DNA of 64,000 bases from the NCBI GenBank assembly GCA_003693705.1, contig RBZT01000623.1, forward strand, positions 186,001-250,000. The letters run 5' to 3'. The position numbers and the translations under genes were made by a program. The notes below the pieces were generated by a model that was not told the origin of the DNA, did no database searches, and saw only the letters and a list, made by a program, of their open reading frames with translations. Shown here piece after piece: positions 47,213-62,461 of the stretch. The first letter of the stretch is position 1, and every line of letters begins with the position of its first letter. The DNA is from Polymyxa betae A26-41. Lineage: Eukaryota; Protista; Endomyxa: Phytomyxea.

Positions 47213-48559
47213 TTAGAACATGACCAATATGATTGGAATTACAATGATTGCCATAACAGATATGATGACACTTTGAGCACTGGATGCTTGACTATTAGTG
47301 ATTCCTGTCGTAGTCGTGCTCCCGGGATTGTCATTGGATTGAGCTACGGGCGCCGGCGACAGATCTGCTGGACTAAGAGTTGCAACAGGAGCAACTGTTG
47401 CTGGGCAGGTTGGAACGGTTCCAACAGCTAATGGTTGAGTCCAGACATTCAGAGTGCTTGGGCCTGATCCTCGCTGGCTGATTGCAGCCACACGAACAAT
47501 AATGATCTCAGATGGATTGATATTCCTTAAAACGATCCCAGATACCATACCAACATTGATATATTTGGCAAGATAGGGAGGTTTGTAGTTTGGATCTGTC
47601 GCTGATCCGATGCTGTTCACCTGATAATAGACAGTGTAGCCAATAATTGGCTCTTTGGGGTTGGCAGGAGGATCCCAGGTTGCTAGAACCGAGTTCAATC
47701 CTGGCGTTAATTTCAAGTTCTGAGGACGTGTTGGCGTCAAGTCGGATGCTCCCAGAATGATCTCCGACATCTGAGGTGTATAGTACAGATCTTTCAAAGG
47801 ACTAGCATCAAACTCCTCCAGGGTTCCAGTCCATCCAGGCGGGGGTAGAGAGAGACATTTTCGTTGATCGGCAGCATAAGTAGCTCCTATTTCACCTTGG
47901 CATGGTGCCGGCCAGATCGCCTTAAAGTAATACACGGCATCGTTCCACGTGGCTTGCTCTTCCTTGCGTCTGTACCAATTGCAGTCTGCTTGAACGCAGA
48001 CCACATTAATATCATATTGGACATTGGGAACGGAAACCCAGTTCTGTCCATCCTTGGAGTACTGATATCTAAACAATGTCAAACTCGACCCAACTCCTTA
48101 CATATCCAGCTTACTTCATAGGCTCAAACTTTTTGTCACTGTCGCTGGCATAGTAGATCTATTCAAGGTGAGAATTCACAGTTTACATTACACATTTGAA
48201 TGTCTTACTCTTGTCCAAAAGTTTGTAAATCCATTAGGAACATGCCAAGTGACATTGGATGTTGGCCAATATGTTCCATATCGTTTGTATCGAGCTGTAT
48301 CCCAATCGACAGTATCCGAATTTCTCGGGTCAATTACCATATCAAGATGCGTATTGCTGCTGGATGGTTCGTAGATCACCTTCGACTCGTCATCACATTC
48401 ATCCTTGAAGCCAACGAAGGCAACCCTGTCTTGCGAGATTCCAGCCTGGCCACATTCGACCTGGATCGCATTCATGGCCGAATTCCAGGCATCATCGCCT
48501 CCAATAGCCTGTCCGATCAGGACCACCAATGCCAACCCCCAAATTGCACTGAATGTCAT
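47213..48559 (-). CDS. Cell-surface fibronectin type III protein, probably GPI-anchored
   Basis: Signal peptide MTFSAIWGLALVVLIGQAIG; FN3 PQNLKL..ATWDPP...IIGYTVYY...VRVAAIS..GSG; S/T/P stalk; hydrophobic C-terminus with no cytosolic tail. Confidence 0.8.
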
Positions 48560-49045
48560 TTTCAGAAATGACAAACAGATTAGGCAACGTGATTTCTACC
48601 ACAGATGTCGCATGCCTTCAGATACAGAGTCGTGTGCTGTCAACTGAGTTAATTTTTGTATACCTATCCTCGAGGGAAATTTCAACTGATCTATATATAT
48701 CAGTTTGAATCGTGTCTGAGTAGTTATATGTGGCGTTTAACCAAAGGAGAACGTGTCTCAATGAAAAGAAGATAGAAAACCCCTGCTGGTGATATCTGCA
48801 GTAACGACATCTTCAATAATCTCAACTTATTGTAACGTATTCTAGAATATAACACGCACTTATCAATGTTGATGTTATTTCACCCATCATACTGCCTAAT
48901 TCCTACCTTAATTTCGAGCATTTAAATATTTTACCCGCCAAGTCGTGTTTATTCAAGCGACAGTCTCTAGCAAGCCTGGATTCGTCAATCGGGTTCTATT
49001 ATTGTATTGCCCGAGCACGGGTTGTGCAGGTTTGACAGTGTTCAC

Positions 49046-52000
49046 ATGGGTCGCCGGTCCACAGTCGACCGGAGCGATACCAGTGGTCAGCCATCATTAT
49101 TATGGACTGTTCTTTCCAATCCACGCGCGGTTATAGAGAAGTTTCATACTGTTGGATCAAATTCAGAAGAAGAGGATGAAAGTGTATTACCAGGCGTATC
49201 GACTATTGATGCCGAGTTACATGCTGGGCTAATACTCTTAGAGAAGGTCAGCCTTATTCGATTGCATATAGAGACATATTTTTAATGTTTGCGATATTTC
49301 TTCTGTTAGAATGGAGAAAGGATCGATTCCCTTCTGAGGAAATGGAGCCGGGAAATCCTTCCCACAAGATTATCGAGGTCAACCTTTGCTGATCTGTCCG
49401 AGAAAAGGCGTCTCGTATTGCAACACCTGCTTCAGGTCAACTACTCTACTACACCCACTTCTAATGAGATTAAGAGCCATTCGATAAGTTCGGCTGCGGT
49501 TGAGAACGCACCTCAGCTAAGACCTTCTGTATGGTCTAAAGTTGCCGGTTCTGATCCAGCTTTATGGCCCGACCAGCTGGGTGCTTTCTTGGAGAGCATC
49601 GCTCCACTGGAAATTTTACACCTACGAAATGAACCTGATGAGGTCGCTGGAAAATTCTTTCAGCAGGCCTCAAAGCTGTTCCATGCCAGGCGCAATGATT
49701 TGGACCTTAGAATGCGAATCCTAGTCGCTTGCATTGCATTTATGGCGCTACATGGCTCACTTTACTGTTTGCTGGAAGTTCTGAAAATGCTCGTTGAGCT
49801 CGAACATAATTATTCTGATATGAATTTGCCATCAATGCCGGCCTGTGTCAAGGCTCTGCATTCTCTTCAATCAGAATTCGATCTTCCTCTGCCTTGGACG
49901 AAGGCTGTTATGGGACTGTGGTCTGAATCTGCTTCTGGCTCTAAACGTGATAATCTGAAAGGCCGAGGATTGGCCTCAGATGGCACCTACCTTTATATTC
50001 ATAATGGTTATGCGTTGCATAAAATTGGTTCTGGATTTAATGGATCTGTTCGAGGACAAATGTATGCTGTTCATAAAGGTTATCGCTCAAGGGAATCGGT
50101 TTCTTTGGCGTACGTTAATTCGACGTTAATCGCCATTTCGAGTCAGTGTGAATGGCCTTTTGCCGATATCATCGATACATCTGATTTGGGCGTTTCCGGG
50201 TTCTTACAGTTAGGAACCGATCCAGATGCTGATGTGCCTGAAAAAAAGAGTGACCATAATCCTCTGATTATCTCCGATGGCACCATTGTCTATCTTTTCG
50301 ATACTGAGCCTTCGCTGTTGTCGAAATCCGATGCGGTCAATGATGAAAAGGCTTCTAAGAATGAGCGTCTTGTGCTTTATTTGTACAGCATAGAAGAGAA
50401 AGGTTCAGCTTCTTTACAAATATCAACAAAATCGCGCCATTCTGATCCGAAGGTTAGTCGGTTTATTTCTGCCGCCAGGGTATTTTAATTACTTCGCTTA
50501 GAACCTTGCATGTGCTCTTTGGAAATCAACCGGATACCGTTACTCTCTTCCGCAATGCACAATCGCTTTAAAATCGTCAAAAAACGACCCAAATTCTGCC
50601 GCCAAGTGGTTAATTAGCCATGGCGTTGCTCTAGGGTCGCCGAAAGTTGCCAATTTTGTGAGGCGGCTTACTTTGAAGCCCGTTGGTATGTAAAGGTCTG
50701 CAACCAATTTTTTAATTCAATCACTACTGTTTCAGAGAATCTATCTTTGGGTTTATTGAGTCGCTCGCTGGTGTATACAACCGGTCTTCATCTAGTTGTT
50801 GCTGTTCCACCATACACTGCTGATTACAATGACTCTGTATGTGATAAGTTTATCTAAAGATGTATAGCTAATATTCTGATCAGAGTGATTATGCTGCTAT
50901 TGTTTTCAGCATGTCTACAGGGGATTTGGTGGCACAAAGAACCGGCTTGTTGTCGGCCATCGGTCAAATTGGTACTTCTGGCCTTTCTTCTCAACGAGGT
51001 ATTAAAACTTAGATTTGTTCAGGATGCTACGATCCAGTGAATGACGTCATCTGGAATTGCCATTTTCCTGGAGCAATTCAATTTCAGTATTATCGCAATC
51101 ATGGACCTCGCTGTAATCCGCCCGACTCCGATCCTGCTCTCGTCCTTGAAACGGTTATCGCAGATGTCTCCGCTATTGACCGTCCTTCCTGTTTAGAACT
51201 GTCTACATATCTACTGGCTCATGCATTAAGGCTATTGAAACAAAGGTAAATTTATTTTGATGTTTGGCTGTATACATACTGACCATTTAAAGAACGATTG
51301 TTGATGAGGATACTGCATGCTCGCTGTCTTCACAAATCCAGTTGATAGAAAAGGACTTGAAAATTCATTGGGAATCTGGCAACGAGAATACGAAAGCGAA
51401 AAAGCGGCTGCGTCGTAAATTGAATCGGGTAGGAATTTTCTGCCTGACCTAATTTCCGAATCGTTCTCAACAGGCACTTTCAGGCTCGTAAACAGTGCAT
51501 CGCGCTTCGGATGTCTATTATAGCTCCGTCTTCTGCATCTTTTCCGTTCTCGTTCTCTTTAAGCGAACATATTTTCACTGATCTGCTTTTCCTGTCTAAA
51601 TCCTTTTTCGGTTTGCTCTCCCAGTCACCTGCTGACAAAACGAACAAATATGCTTTTCTTTTGATAGCCACTCTTCAGCTATTTCGCGCACACTTCGACG
51701 AAGTTGAATCGATGCTATCGGTAGCAGAATTTCGGGCCTTCCAAGGACTCAGCAAAAGCTCTGAGTTTTTGCAGTCTTTGTTATTTGCCGGTCTGCTAAA
51801 ACCGTTCGATGAACAAGTCAAATTGGAAGCCGCAAGGGCATTAACTTCCGGATTTCGGCTGCTGTTCCCGAGAAAAGAGCTTCAAAAAGATTTTATCCTT
51901 CAGGCGTTGAAGTCTTTCTCTGATTCTGCTCAGAATGACATTATCAAATTTACCAAACTGATGCTTGACTGGATGGCCGAGAATATCGCTCAATTTGAAT

Positions 52001-55000
52001 TCCTTTGGACTGATATCTCTATAGACCATAAAGCTCGCTCCATTGTCGAGCTGCTGTTTTGGCTATGTCTGGAGAATTCGCATCGAGAAATCGCCGGTTC
52101 AGCAACCGCCGTCATCATTGCGATTATTCAACGGTTGATAAACCGGGCCTCAATGCTATCTGGAACTCATCCAGTTAGAGATGACGATAAGCTTTATGAA
52201 TGGTTATTCACTTTTGCCAAGCTATTTTTTGACCATTTATGTATCTGTATCGATAAGTGTGTCAAGAGCGATTCTCTTTTTCCACTCAGTACCGCATCAC
52301 CGCGTTCGAGTTTAGTGACTTTGCGGTGCATTTTGCCCTGCTTGTCAAATGTTCTACATGCCGTCTCTGTACCTGCAAGCTTTTCTATGTCCGTGCTGCA
52401 ATCGATATCCAAATTAGCGCTCGCTTTCGACAGAATTAATCGGAAATCACCATCGGCTTTAACTGAGAACAACAATTACATGGATAAAGTCTCTTCCGAG
52501 ATTTCAGCAAAGATATCTGTGGAGACTTCGCATCCGTACAGTGTTGGCAGCAATGTTGTTCGAGAAACCGTCTTCTTCAGGAATTGTGATGCCCTTTGTA
52601 TCACTTTCGACCCGCGTTGCTGTACGAAGGATCATCTGGACCAAGTGACTTTATATACCGATGTCAACATGGTAGCTTTTGGTTTGTAACCGCATTCCTC
52701 ACTTTTGACGGTCTTCAGAATTATCGCGCACCTGTTGGCCCATTCTTCGGTAACGATCAGGACAAGAACTCAAACTGGCCCAGCGAACCCGTTATTATTT
52801 ACGGCTCAACATTGGCCTTGAGCTTCTCTGCCAAATCGCAGCCTCGTCCTGAGGATCGAAATCGTTGGGGATTTAAATGCACCATACGTGGTTTATCGTT
52901 TCACTCATTATCGGATGTTCTCGACATTCAATCCGAACTAAGCGCAACAGCAGGTTCTTCTAATTTGAGTTTTTTTTTCTTACTTTTTCAAACATTTCCT
53001 AGGTCTCATATTTTCTCATCTGGTGCGTGGTGCTCCCATCTCTCAGGATGAGATTGTTATCGATTCCTGTTTCAGACGTTCGTCAATCTGCCAAGGATTG
53101 GAGAAGTAATAATAGTCCACTGCTAATCTTGTATTTTGAACTCTGTAAACTTTCTTAGGTATCACACTGAGAAAGATGACGAGATTACTATGGGATCTGT
53201 TCGCGACGACTGTGGAATAGTCGAACGTGGCTCCCCAGCTGGCCCCCTGATTCAATCCATCATCGACGGGACGATGTCTCCGATATTGTCGGAACTTCAG
53301 AGACACGAATATCGATTCCTTGGAAGTCATATCATTAAAAGGCAACCTCCTGCAGTCCAAACAGGTGGGGACTGATTGCTCCACCGTATTTACGAGCTTC
53401 TCTCACACTTCGCTGATGTAGAATGGCATCGATGCATTCGTAGTGTGATGGCCTGTATGATTAAGCATTCTGGTTTAATTCCCGAGATTATGTGTTTTGT
53501 TCATTCTGGTGGAAGAAACGAAAGCACCTCGGACAATACGTTCGTGACACTTCATGATAAGCTTAGCGTCGTTTCGTTATCAGCGCAGAAGCTACAGGTA
53601 TGATCACATTAATAATCTATGACCATTCCAGTTTGAAATTCTGCTTAGGATTGGATGCTACAAGAAGTTCAAGCCGGAAAACGATGGAATCATCTTTGCT
53701 CGTCTCCAACGCTTACTGTATCGTCGCTCGACGAAGAGTTTGGAAACCCGGAACATTTCTCTACTCTGATTGCTATTTGTCATTTTGCTGGTGTTGAACA
53801 TTCTCTCTTGTCGCGAGAGAAGTCAGATCTTCATACCATCTTGAAGGCGCTTGTACAAAAACATTCCGAGGTACAGTCAGCCGCCGTCAAACAACTCTGC
53901 CCATATATGCAAATTTGCAAGCATGTTCTGCAAGTTTGCCAGGAACTCTTACTGTTCAGAGGTGCATTCGACGCCGATATGCCAGAATCGGGTCTCGATA
54001 TTCCAGATATGTGGCGATCTCGGAGCGTTGCCTCGAATTTAAACGATATGATACAAAGCCCAATATTCCGAACGCATTCTGTTCCTGCTATGAGTGCTGT
54101 CAATGTGCGAGATTCAGTTGCAGATCAGACTGACAAACTCGCCCAGAAGGGATTTGAGTCGCGAATTCACAATTTCCGTAATGTTGTTCAAACCTATCAA
54201 CATTGGAAAGCATGGCAGAAAATCGTCACGCCTTCTCGTTCCGCTCCTCAAGAGCAGGTGATGCCTTTCGAAGCAGTTTCTGATATCATCAAAAAGCGGT
54301 TTCCGGCCGAGCTTCTGAGAAAAGTCGCTCATATTCAAGAGAAAAGGATTATTTATCGAATCGCCGCATTGCGTCTGATCTCTGACTTTCTCAATAAGTT
54401 ATCGTTTAGCTCAGCTAAATTGGGTGTCATTGGCAGACTTCCAGAAAGTCTGAAATCATCGGATCGTCCTGCATCGTTGAACTTCGGTGTCTCCTGCTGT
54501 CATCCATCCTTATCTACGGAGCTGCTCAACGCTTACGAAATGTATTTCAAGTCCGTATCCAATGTTTTGGTGCCAACAGTGAACATGGGCATGTTACAGT
54601 TACGTGCTGTGAAAGATTTGTTCGATTTCGAATTTGGAATCGAGCACTGCAATTTGATCGAAAAATGTTCAACGTTGCAGACAGCTTGCGATTTGCTGTT
54701 GCACCTGTGCGAGAAACCTGAACTACGAATGAAGCAGCGTCCTTTGTTCCAGTCGCTATGGTCGGGATTCCGGCTTCTCGCTTTTCGAATTTTGAAGCTG
54801 GGAGCCAATGATGTACCCGGTCACGCCTTACTTCCTGACGTTTTTATCGATTTGAAGAGACTGCAGCGTGTCGTGTTTCAACTTATTTTCCGTCTCCTGC
54901 AGTATTTCTCCAGCGCGCCTGCCACTGCCACAAATTTGGTTCATGTAAATCGCTGCTTAGAAAAAATGTTATCGTTTCTGGTTGTATGTAGCGGGTATTC

Positions 55001-58000
55001 AAGCTTCTCCTTGCTGAATCGCAACGAGTATCTGCAAGCATTTTCAATTGTGATCCAAAATCCCTGTCGCTTCTCCATTCGTGTTACTCGTCTAGCAATC
55101 CGTTTGGCACAAGCCGTTCTTCCTGTGGTATCGCCAGCCGCAACGATGCCGTACTTCCCGGAGCCTTTCACTGTGATGATTGTCAACACGATATCCAATC
55201 TCATCATCAATGGCAATTTTGAATCGAAAAGCAAGTCGTCTGACTATTGTGTTGTGGTTCATCGCTCCGATGACATTGACCAAGCTCGATGGGTAGAAAT
55301 TCTTTCTAATGAGCTGCCAGAGTTGGTGATAGGTCGCCCTCCAACTGATGACCCGTCGGCTCGTCAGGCCGACGAAATGCATAATGAGATTGCAACAAAA
55401 GAGTTCGAGAACCGATCAAAACATCGGTCTGGTCCTACTGTTGTTCCCTTGAAGGAAATTGGCGGCGGGTCTATTCAGTTTTTATCAGATAATGCTATCG
55501 TTTGTGTAAGCAATCAATGGTGCGGAATGGTTCAGGATTGCTAATGGTAATCTAGAAAGATGGATTTGCGACTGTCATTGGAGAGGTTTCTATTAGCGCG
55601 GGTAAATGGTATTTCGAAATGCATTTGCAGTCTGCGGGTGTCATGCAGATCGGCTGGTCGACTTTGGATATTATGGCATCGAGTAGTGCAGGAAATGGAA
55701 TCGGCGACGATAAGAAGAGCTGGGCGTATGATGGACGCCGTCTATCGAAATGGCACGGAGAACAATCTCGATACAGCAGTAAACGATGGCAGGTCGGTGA
55801 TGTGGTCGGCGTTACTATCGATTTAGACGAGAAAGTTATGCGATATTTCTTGAACGGGGAAGATCTTGGTGTTGCCTTCTCTGGATTCGATCTATCAGGG
55901 TCTCCTGGTCAAGCAGTTCGCCCATCGTGCTCTTTTGCTTCAGGCGAACGGGCACGATTCGTGTTTAATGCTGCTCAGTTCCGCTGCAGCATGCCGGCGA
56001 ACCATTACCCGTTGCAAGGCGACAAGCCAATGCCGAAGAACAATCCCATCGGCCGTGCTCACTCCATCATCTGTGATTTATCTCAGCTGGGCCTAGTTAC
56101 GATCTGGAGAGACTCGTCTCAAGGTTGCTATGATATGGCCTCAAAATTGTCCTCCAAAGGCGTCACTGTTACAGTTCTGAATAAGGAGGCGTTCGACTCA
56201 ATGCCGTCCGCTGATCCACCTGAACACGCCGCATATGAAACGAACCAGAAATTTATATTCAGCGGTCACCAAGCATCTGCTGCTGCTTCTGAGTACATCT
56301 TTCTCGGGCGATTCCTCCTTGCGCCGTCGCTTTCCTCCAAGGCCTGGGCTGAATCGATGTCGTCGCTGATCTCATCGATATTGGACGGGTTCTGTGCGCA
56401 TGAGCAAACTGATGACGTTCCCATGCGCCAGGTTCTTGGTGCGCTTTGTATTCTTGGAGGGTTCTCGGAACCGTTACGGGTCGGTGGTCTCGCTGCTATT
56501 GTTGAAAATGGTGCGATTGAACACCATTGCGTCGTTCTCGATTATTCTCCTGGAAATTCATTTGCCCAGATTACGATGTCGAAGCAGTCTGCTCTGAAAG
56601 ATCTGCGAGTTGGCCTTTCGGAATCAGTAGACGCCACTCCTGAAACCAATCAAACCTCGCAGTTGCTTCACCGAATAAGAATTGATCGATTGAAATCCCG
56701 CCCATTGCTTGAAGTCGATTTGGGCAATGATTTTCCATTGTCAAAGTCCATTGTTTCTTGCCTGATTTCACTAACGACACAGCCAGAAAAAGACGATTCT
56801 TTCAAGGGCTTCGATCGATGGCTATCATTGGAACTCAGAATTCGAGCATGTCTTGTTATGGAAGCGCTTCTTCGCTGCTCTTCAAAAGCCGATCCAGCAG
56901 CTGTAAAACTTGCCACAAAACATTTCGTCCATCTTGCTCGCATTTCTCACTGGAGAAATTTCGAATTCGATCGTGTTCGAAACGTGTTCGAACACGCCCG
57001 TGATCGTGTATGGGATGTTTCCAGTCATTGTCTTGGCTGGTTCGCATTACCAGTAATCGGACATGAAACCAGGACATCTGCATTCGAACAGTTGACGCTT
57101 TCTCCAACCGTGTCTTTAAGTGATCTCCAAAGGCGTCAATTTGTTTACGGCTCCAGCGCTTATGTTCAAGAGTCTTCTGGGAACCCAACCGAAGACACAT
57201 CCATCCAGCGAATGGTTCGGTTTTGGGAACTCAAAATTATTCCGGTCATTCAGGACTATGTTCGGGGGTCATTTCGGGACTACGAAATGGTGTACTTCTT
57301 CGAGCAGCTGAGGCAGCCGCTTCGCGCTGGTGATGCCGCTTCTGCAATGAAAATCGTGTATGGGATTATCGCTGTGTATGAGTTTTACAGTGTGATGATG
57401 ACGTCGTGTTAGGTACACGTTGTGTAATAATCGTGTCCCAGACTCTGTTCAATTTCCGGCTCTCAATCGCGATTGGTCTGAACTTATGTGTGAAGATATC
57501 GTTATTGGACAGCCGCTGGTTGTTGGTGCCGGTGTCCGGTCGTATCCGGCTTTCTGGAATGAGCAACTGATGCATCATATTATTGGATGTGTGGGTGTTG
57601 TTCAGGCTATTCGGTTCGATAAAGATCTTGTTCTTCTACAACTGTTCTTCGAGGATCGCTCTGTCCTGGAAAGTTTCTGGTTTCCGGTATCATGCTTGAG
57701 AGAACCTATTCGTCTCGATTCTTCTTGCAGGTATTTTCCTCAACTAAAGACTGCTTCGAATGCCAAACAATTGAACTGCTTGTAGTACCGAAAACGTCGA
57801 TAATATTCGGCGTTTTGACGATGCGATGGATTTCCTGCAGTCCGCTGTGACTCCACTCCCAGTTCTAGTTGCCCGCCGCTCCATAATTTCGCTTTGTTCG
57901 CAATCGCCGAGTTTCGTTCGCGAACAATTAGCAAAATCATCCGATCTTGGATCGTTGCTATTTTCGTCATTGTCTCAATGCTTGCAATCAACTTTGAACA

Positions 58001-61000
58001 GCGCCGGGACACCATTCCTTGAGCACGTTGGTACCATCGCCGCATTTGAACGATGTCTGACGGAAGCGATCGCCGACGTTTCCAGAGAAGTCGGCTCGAA
58101 AATTCTGGAGATCTCGGAGCAGAGCTTATCGAAAGCGGCCGAATTCTCGCTTTCCAACACGGTCATTTGCGAGAAAGCGGTATCGCGCGAATTCTTCGTC
58201 ACCGGGACATCATCATTTCTGATTCAGTTCAGTATGGAGACATCGCTGCCTTCTAACGCCAGTTTCTCCATCTACGCTGATTCGGAATGTACACGACTTA
58301 TCAAATGTTATTCTGGTGGAAAGTCTGGCATCTCTAACTTACAGCATTGTCTGATTTCTGGCGATCGATTTTGGACCCGTGTTACGCTTCCAGCCGATGG
58401 GACACCCATAACTAACTTGTCTTTTCGTGCCATTGCGTTATCGCCGGATTTCGCACTCTCATTCTGGATCGTGCGATTCTTGACGCAGAAGGATTTGCAT
58501 TGTCTTGGCAAGAATCGAATCGAGATTATCTTCCAGTTTGTGGAAAGGATTTTCGTCCAGTTTGGTCTTATTGCAATGGATCCCTCGCCGATGAAAGAGG
58601 CAATCTTGGAACTTATTTACGACCTAATTCAATCACTACCGACGCAGCTACTTTCAATTGATGGTGCAGTTGCAAATCAAGTTCTCTTCTCTCTCAATTA
58701 TATCGCTCAGCTGCAACCGGAGCTCATTCGACTGTTGGCGTCGGAGTCGTTAACTGGAACATTCACATCATATATGCAGTTATTACTGGATCTACAGATT
58801 ACTGCCGATAATCTGCGGCCGGCGTCTGAGCGAATCGCTGGCAAATTCACCCCTGTCGCCGACGGCCATGAAAACGAGCCAGTGGACGAGACTGTCGCAA
58901 CTCCACCATCTGACGATTGGGCCTGTCCGATGTGCACTTTACTCAATGATAATTCCTTCTCTGTCTGTCAGGCGTGTGAAAGTCCTCGACCTCCTCCCGA
59001 GCAAATGTCGAAACCTACCACGAGCGCGTCCGATCTGTCACCGAACTCGCGCGATCGAGTCTTTTCTCGAGCGACTTCACTCTTCAATCGCATTTGCGGT
59101 ATGATGCAGATCATGCAATGGCTCAGCTTAAAGGCCAACCCGCCGGTTTCTCTGCCCGTTCAAGCCATCGTCGAAGCTGCCTGGAACAGAGCACGATCGG
59201 AACGTCTTGAGCCCCAGCTGTTCATTATTGATGAATTACCACTCACCGTCGACGATGCCGACGCCAGGACTCGATTGTTATCGTTAATCGCGGAGCTTTC
59301 TGGATCTTCCGATGTCCCGTTTCTGGTCCAGCATGATTCTATTTATATTGGGACGAATTCAGATCGGCCTTTGGAGTCGGTGCCGTCCATGCATGATGCG
59401 GCGACCTTCTTGGCTTCTCAGCCGAAGACGTTACAATTCTCGCATGAATACCCGATGGATCAAAACGGTCTCATCTGGTATCTCGGAACGAAAGGGAAAT
59501 CCGACACGTTTACGAACCCGATGACGGCGGGCTTTCTGACGGTCAGGGCGTCATCCCTGCAGCACGACTCGGTCGGGCCCGAAGCCGTCGTCGGACGCGA
59601 TGTTCTGCGCTGTGTATCAACGTCCTCTGAGCGTCAATGGTTCGAGATCGATTTCCATCAAACACGAATCTGTCCTACTCATTACACATTGAGACATTAT
59701 ATCTCATGGCATACTGAAGCTTTGAGGAATTGGCGTTTTGAGGCGCTGGCTGCTGATGAGTCCTGGGTCTGTCTGCATGATGCCATTGGTGATGAAACAC
59801 TTGCTGCTAAAGGTGCAGCGGCAACATGGCAAATCACTTCCGATTCCAAACAATTCTATTCGAGATTTCGCGTTCTGATGACCGGTGAGAATTCCAACCG
59901 GCATTGGTATCTGGCGTTGTCTGGTTTCGAAATCTATGGCGATGTTATCAGCGATACGATTTATCAAAAGCTGCCGATCCGCCAGTCTAATCAATTCGCT
60001 GTTGTCAGCCTACTGAATGTCTCTGACGAATGTGTCGAGGCATTTGTAAAATCGCTGGAAGGACATGTCGTGGACTGGCCAGGCTGGTTCCGTTCCAAGC
60101 TATCTGTAATCAGGTTGGTTACTGTGATTGATTCTCTATCTAATTTGATATTGACGTTGGAGATTCCAGGTTCGAAGTCGCTCCTCGTGGTGATAATCGT
60201 GTTGTCGGGTTTGTTAGAAGTCGACTAATTAACAAGGGCGGCGAACTGACCGAACCCTTTTCTCGTGCACTTGATGATCTATTGAAAATCCCGGCTGCTT
60301 TGAATGATCTGTTCCCAGATGTCAATTCCGATCTGGGGCAATTTATAGCTTCGGAAATCAGCGATGGTGTCATTAACAGCCAATTATTGAAATCTGTCTT
60401 ACGTCAAGCTGCATCATCAGATAATCGCGTTGTGCAGGTATAACTCGTAATTCAATGGTAAATACCGATATTGATGCATTTGAAGATTTGGGATTGGCTG
60501 AAGACGTTGGGATACAATCTCGATATCGCATTGATTGTGGAAAACTCGTTCGGCAAGGCTCTTCAAGAATCATCGTTATGGTCGACATTACCTGATTCAG
60601 CGCACGAAGAGCTCATGGATCATCTGTACAATCTGGCAGACCGCATAGCATGTACCGATATGCTTCAATTACCGCTCAATCGGATCACATGCTCAGAATC
60701 CGAACTTCTTAATCTACGCAAACTGTTTCCAGTCTCTGAAGCCGCTATTCGTCTAAGGTTCTCTGTATTGAAAGAGTTCAACGAATCCATCAAAGACCTG
60801 CTGCCATTAGCCGATTTGCGCTATTGTGCTGGAAATCGCCTGGGCGGTCTATTACGCCAATGCCGATGTTTTATCTTCCGCAATGTGAAGCAGGAGTTCC
60901 TGATGAGAATATCTGATCTAACTGCTGAGCCTGGTAGACGACCTCCCATATTATCATTCAATCGACTTGATCTGGCATCACGAGACCAACAATCTCGCGA

Positions 61001-62325
61001 TTTTATTCACGACACGTTCTTTGGCAACGCCTATCTTCAAGTAAATCATCGCTTCGTAGTTCTGATATATTCTAATTTGATTTTTCTCTCTAGTTGCGCG
61101 ATTTGTCACCGTTCGATCTGCGACCTCCTCGGCCTCAAGGAACAGATCCATTTCTGGCACTCGAGGTGGTATTCCATGGAGAGGATGTTGTTGGAGAAGG
61201 AGGTCCATATCGCCAGTTTTTTAGTGATATTAGCAATGAACTATTGGCGAGTGACAATCCTCTATTTATACCATGTCCCAATCAGCAGGGTGGAATTGGT
61301 GAGAATCAAGATACATTCGTGATTCGGCCATCCGCTGCCAGTTCATCTTCCACCTTGTCCTTGTTCGAATTCTTCGGTCGGATACTTGGTACGAATGATG
61401 TTGTTCTTCAGGGTCTCTGTGTTTATTGATTTCTATAGGAATCTGCTTAAGAACCGGTGTCAGAATCAGTTTGAGGCTTCCTGCATTCACCTGGAAGCCC
61501 ATTGTTGCTGATCAAATCTCACCATCAGATCTCTCCAGTATTGACCATCAGACATCGATGGTCTTGCAACTGGTTCAATCGATCGACGAGGAATTGTTTG
61601 ACGATATGATAGAGGAGACGTTCTCGACACCGCTCAGTGACCGGACCGTTGCACTTTTGCGGCCAAATGGCGATAAACAACGTGTGACATTCTCTGAACG
61701 AAATGAATATATTCGTCTGGTGCATAATGCCAGATATAATGAGGCACAACCTCAGATCGATGCTATTCGTCGTGGTATCGATAAGATCGTTCCTGTTCAA
61801 CTTCTCAACATCTTCCTGCATAACGAACTAGAACTCCTCGTCAATGGTAAACAGATTATTGATGTTGGACTTCTACGAAGACATACCAGTACGTATTCAT
61901 TGTACAATTCAGCTTGTTAATTCACCTGATTCATGTTTGTAGAGTACAGTGGCGTTTCTGCTGATGCTCCTCATATTCGTTCTTTCTGGGAGGTTCTAAC
62001 CGAATTCTCCCAGCAAGACAGGCGCAAATTCATTCGATTTGCTTGGGCTCAGGAGAAGCTCCCCGTAGACGATGCCGAATTCGTTCGAACTCATACCCGT
62101 CTGCTAATCAAGACAACTCCATCGAATGTATCACCAGATTCTCGATTCCCTCGTGCTGATACGTGTTTCTTCAATTTGGAACTACCATCATATTCGAGTA
62201 AAGAGATCCTGCATAAAAGGTTACTATTCGCTATCACTCATACTGATTCTATGAATGCCGATGTTGTACCTGAAGACCATCAAGTATCAAGACATGCTCA
62301 TGATTTCTCTAATCTAATGCCATAA
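49046..62325 (+). CDS. Giant HECT E3 ubiquitin ligase (HECTD4-like) with SPRY, RanBP2 zinc finger and SUN/discoidin-like domains
   Basis: [17 protein letters not shown]; VETSHPY; SPRY (MQIGW, GIGDD, GDVVGV); [10 protein letters not shown]....CQAC; [11 protein letters not shown]; [12 protein letters not shown]...[17 protein letters not shown]. Confidence 0.9.
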
Positions 62326-62461
62326 GTCTATCAATAGTTAAATGTTATATCAGTTTCTAGAATTTATGTCGATAAAATTGAATTGATTAAATTGAATATG
62401 TATGTACGCGTGCCTGTACAATTAGATGATGTTGGTTGTTGTATTGTAATCGTTAACAATC

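Noticed and set aside
49046-62325. In-frame stops in long genes suggesting recoding or an alternative genetic code
   Set aside because: The stops examined fall inside short GT-AG introns, and conserved genes end with standard stop codons.
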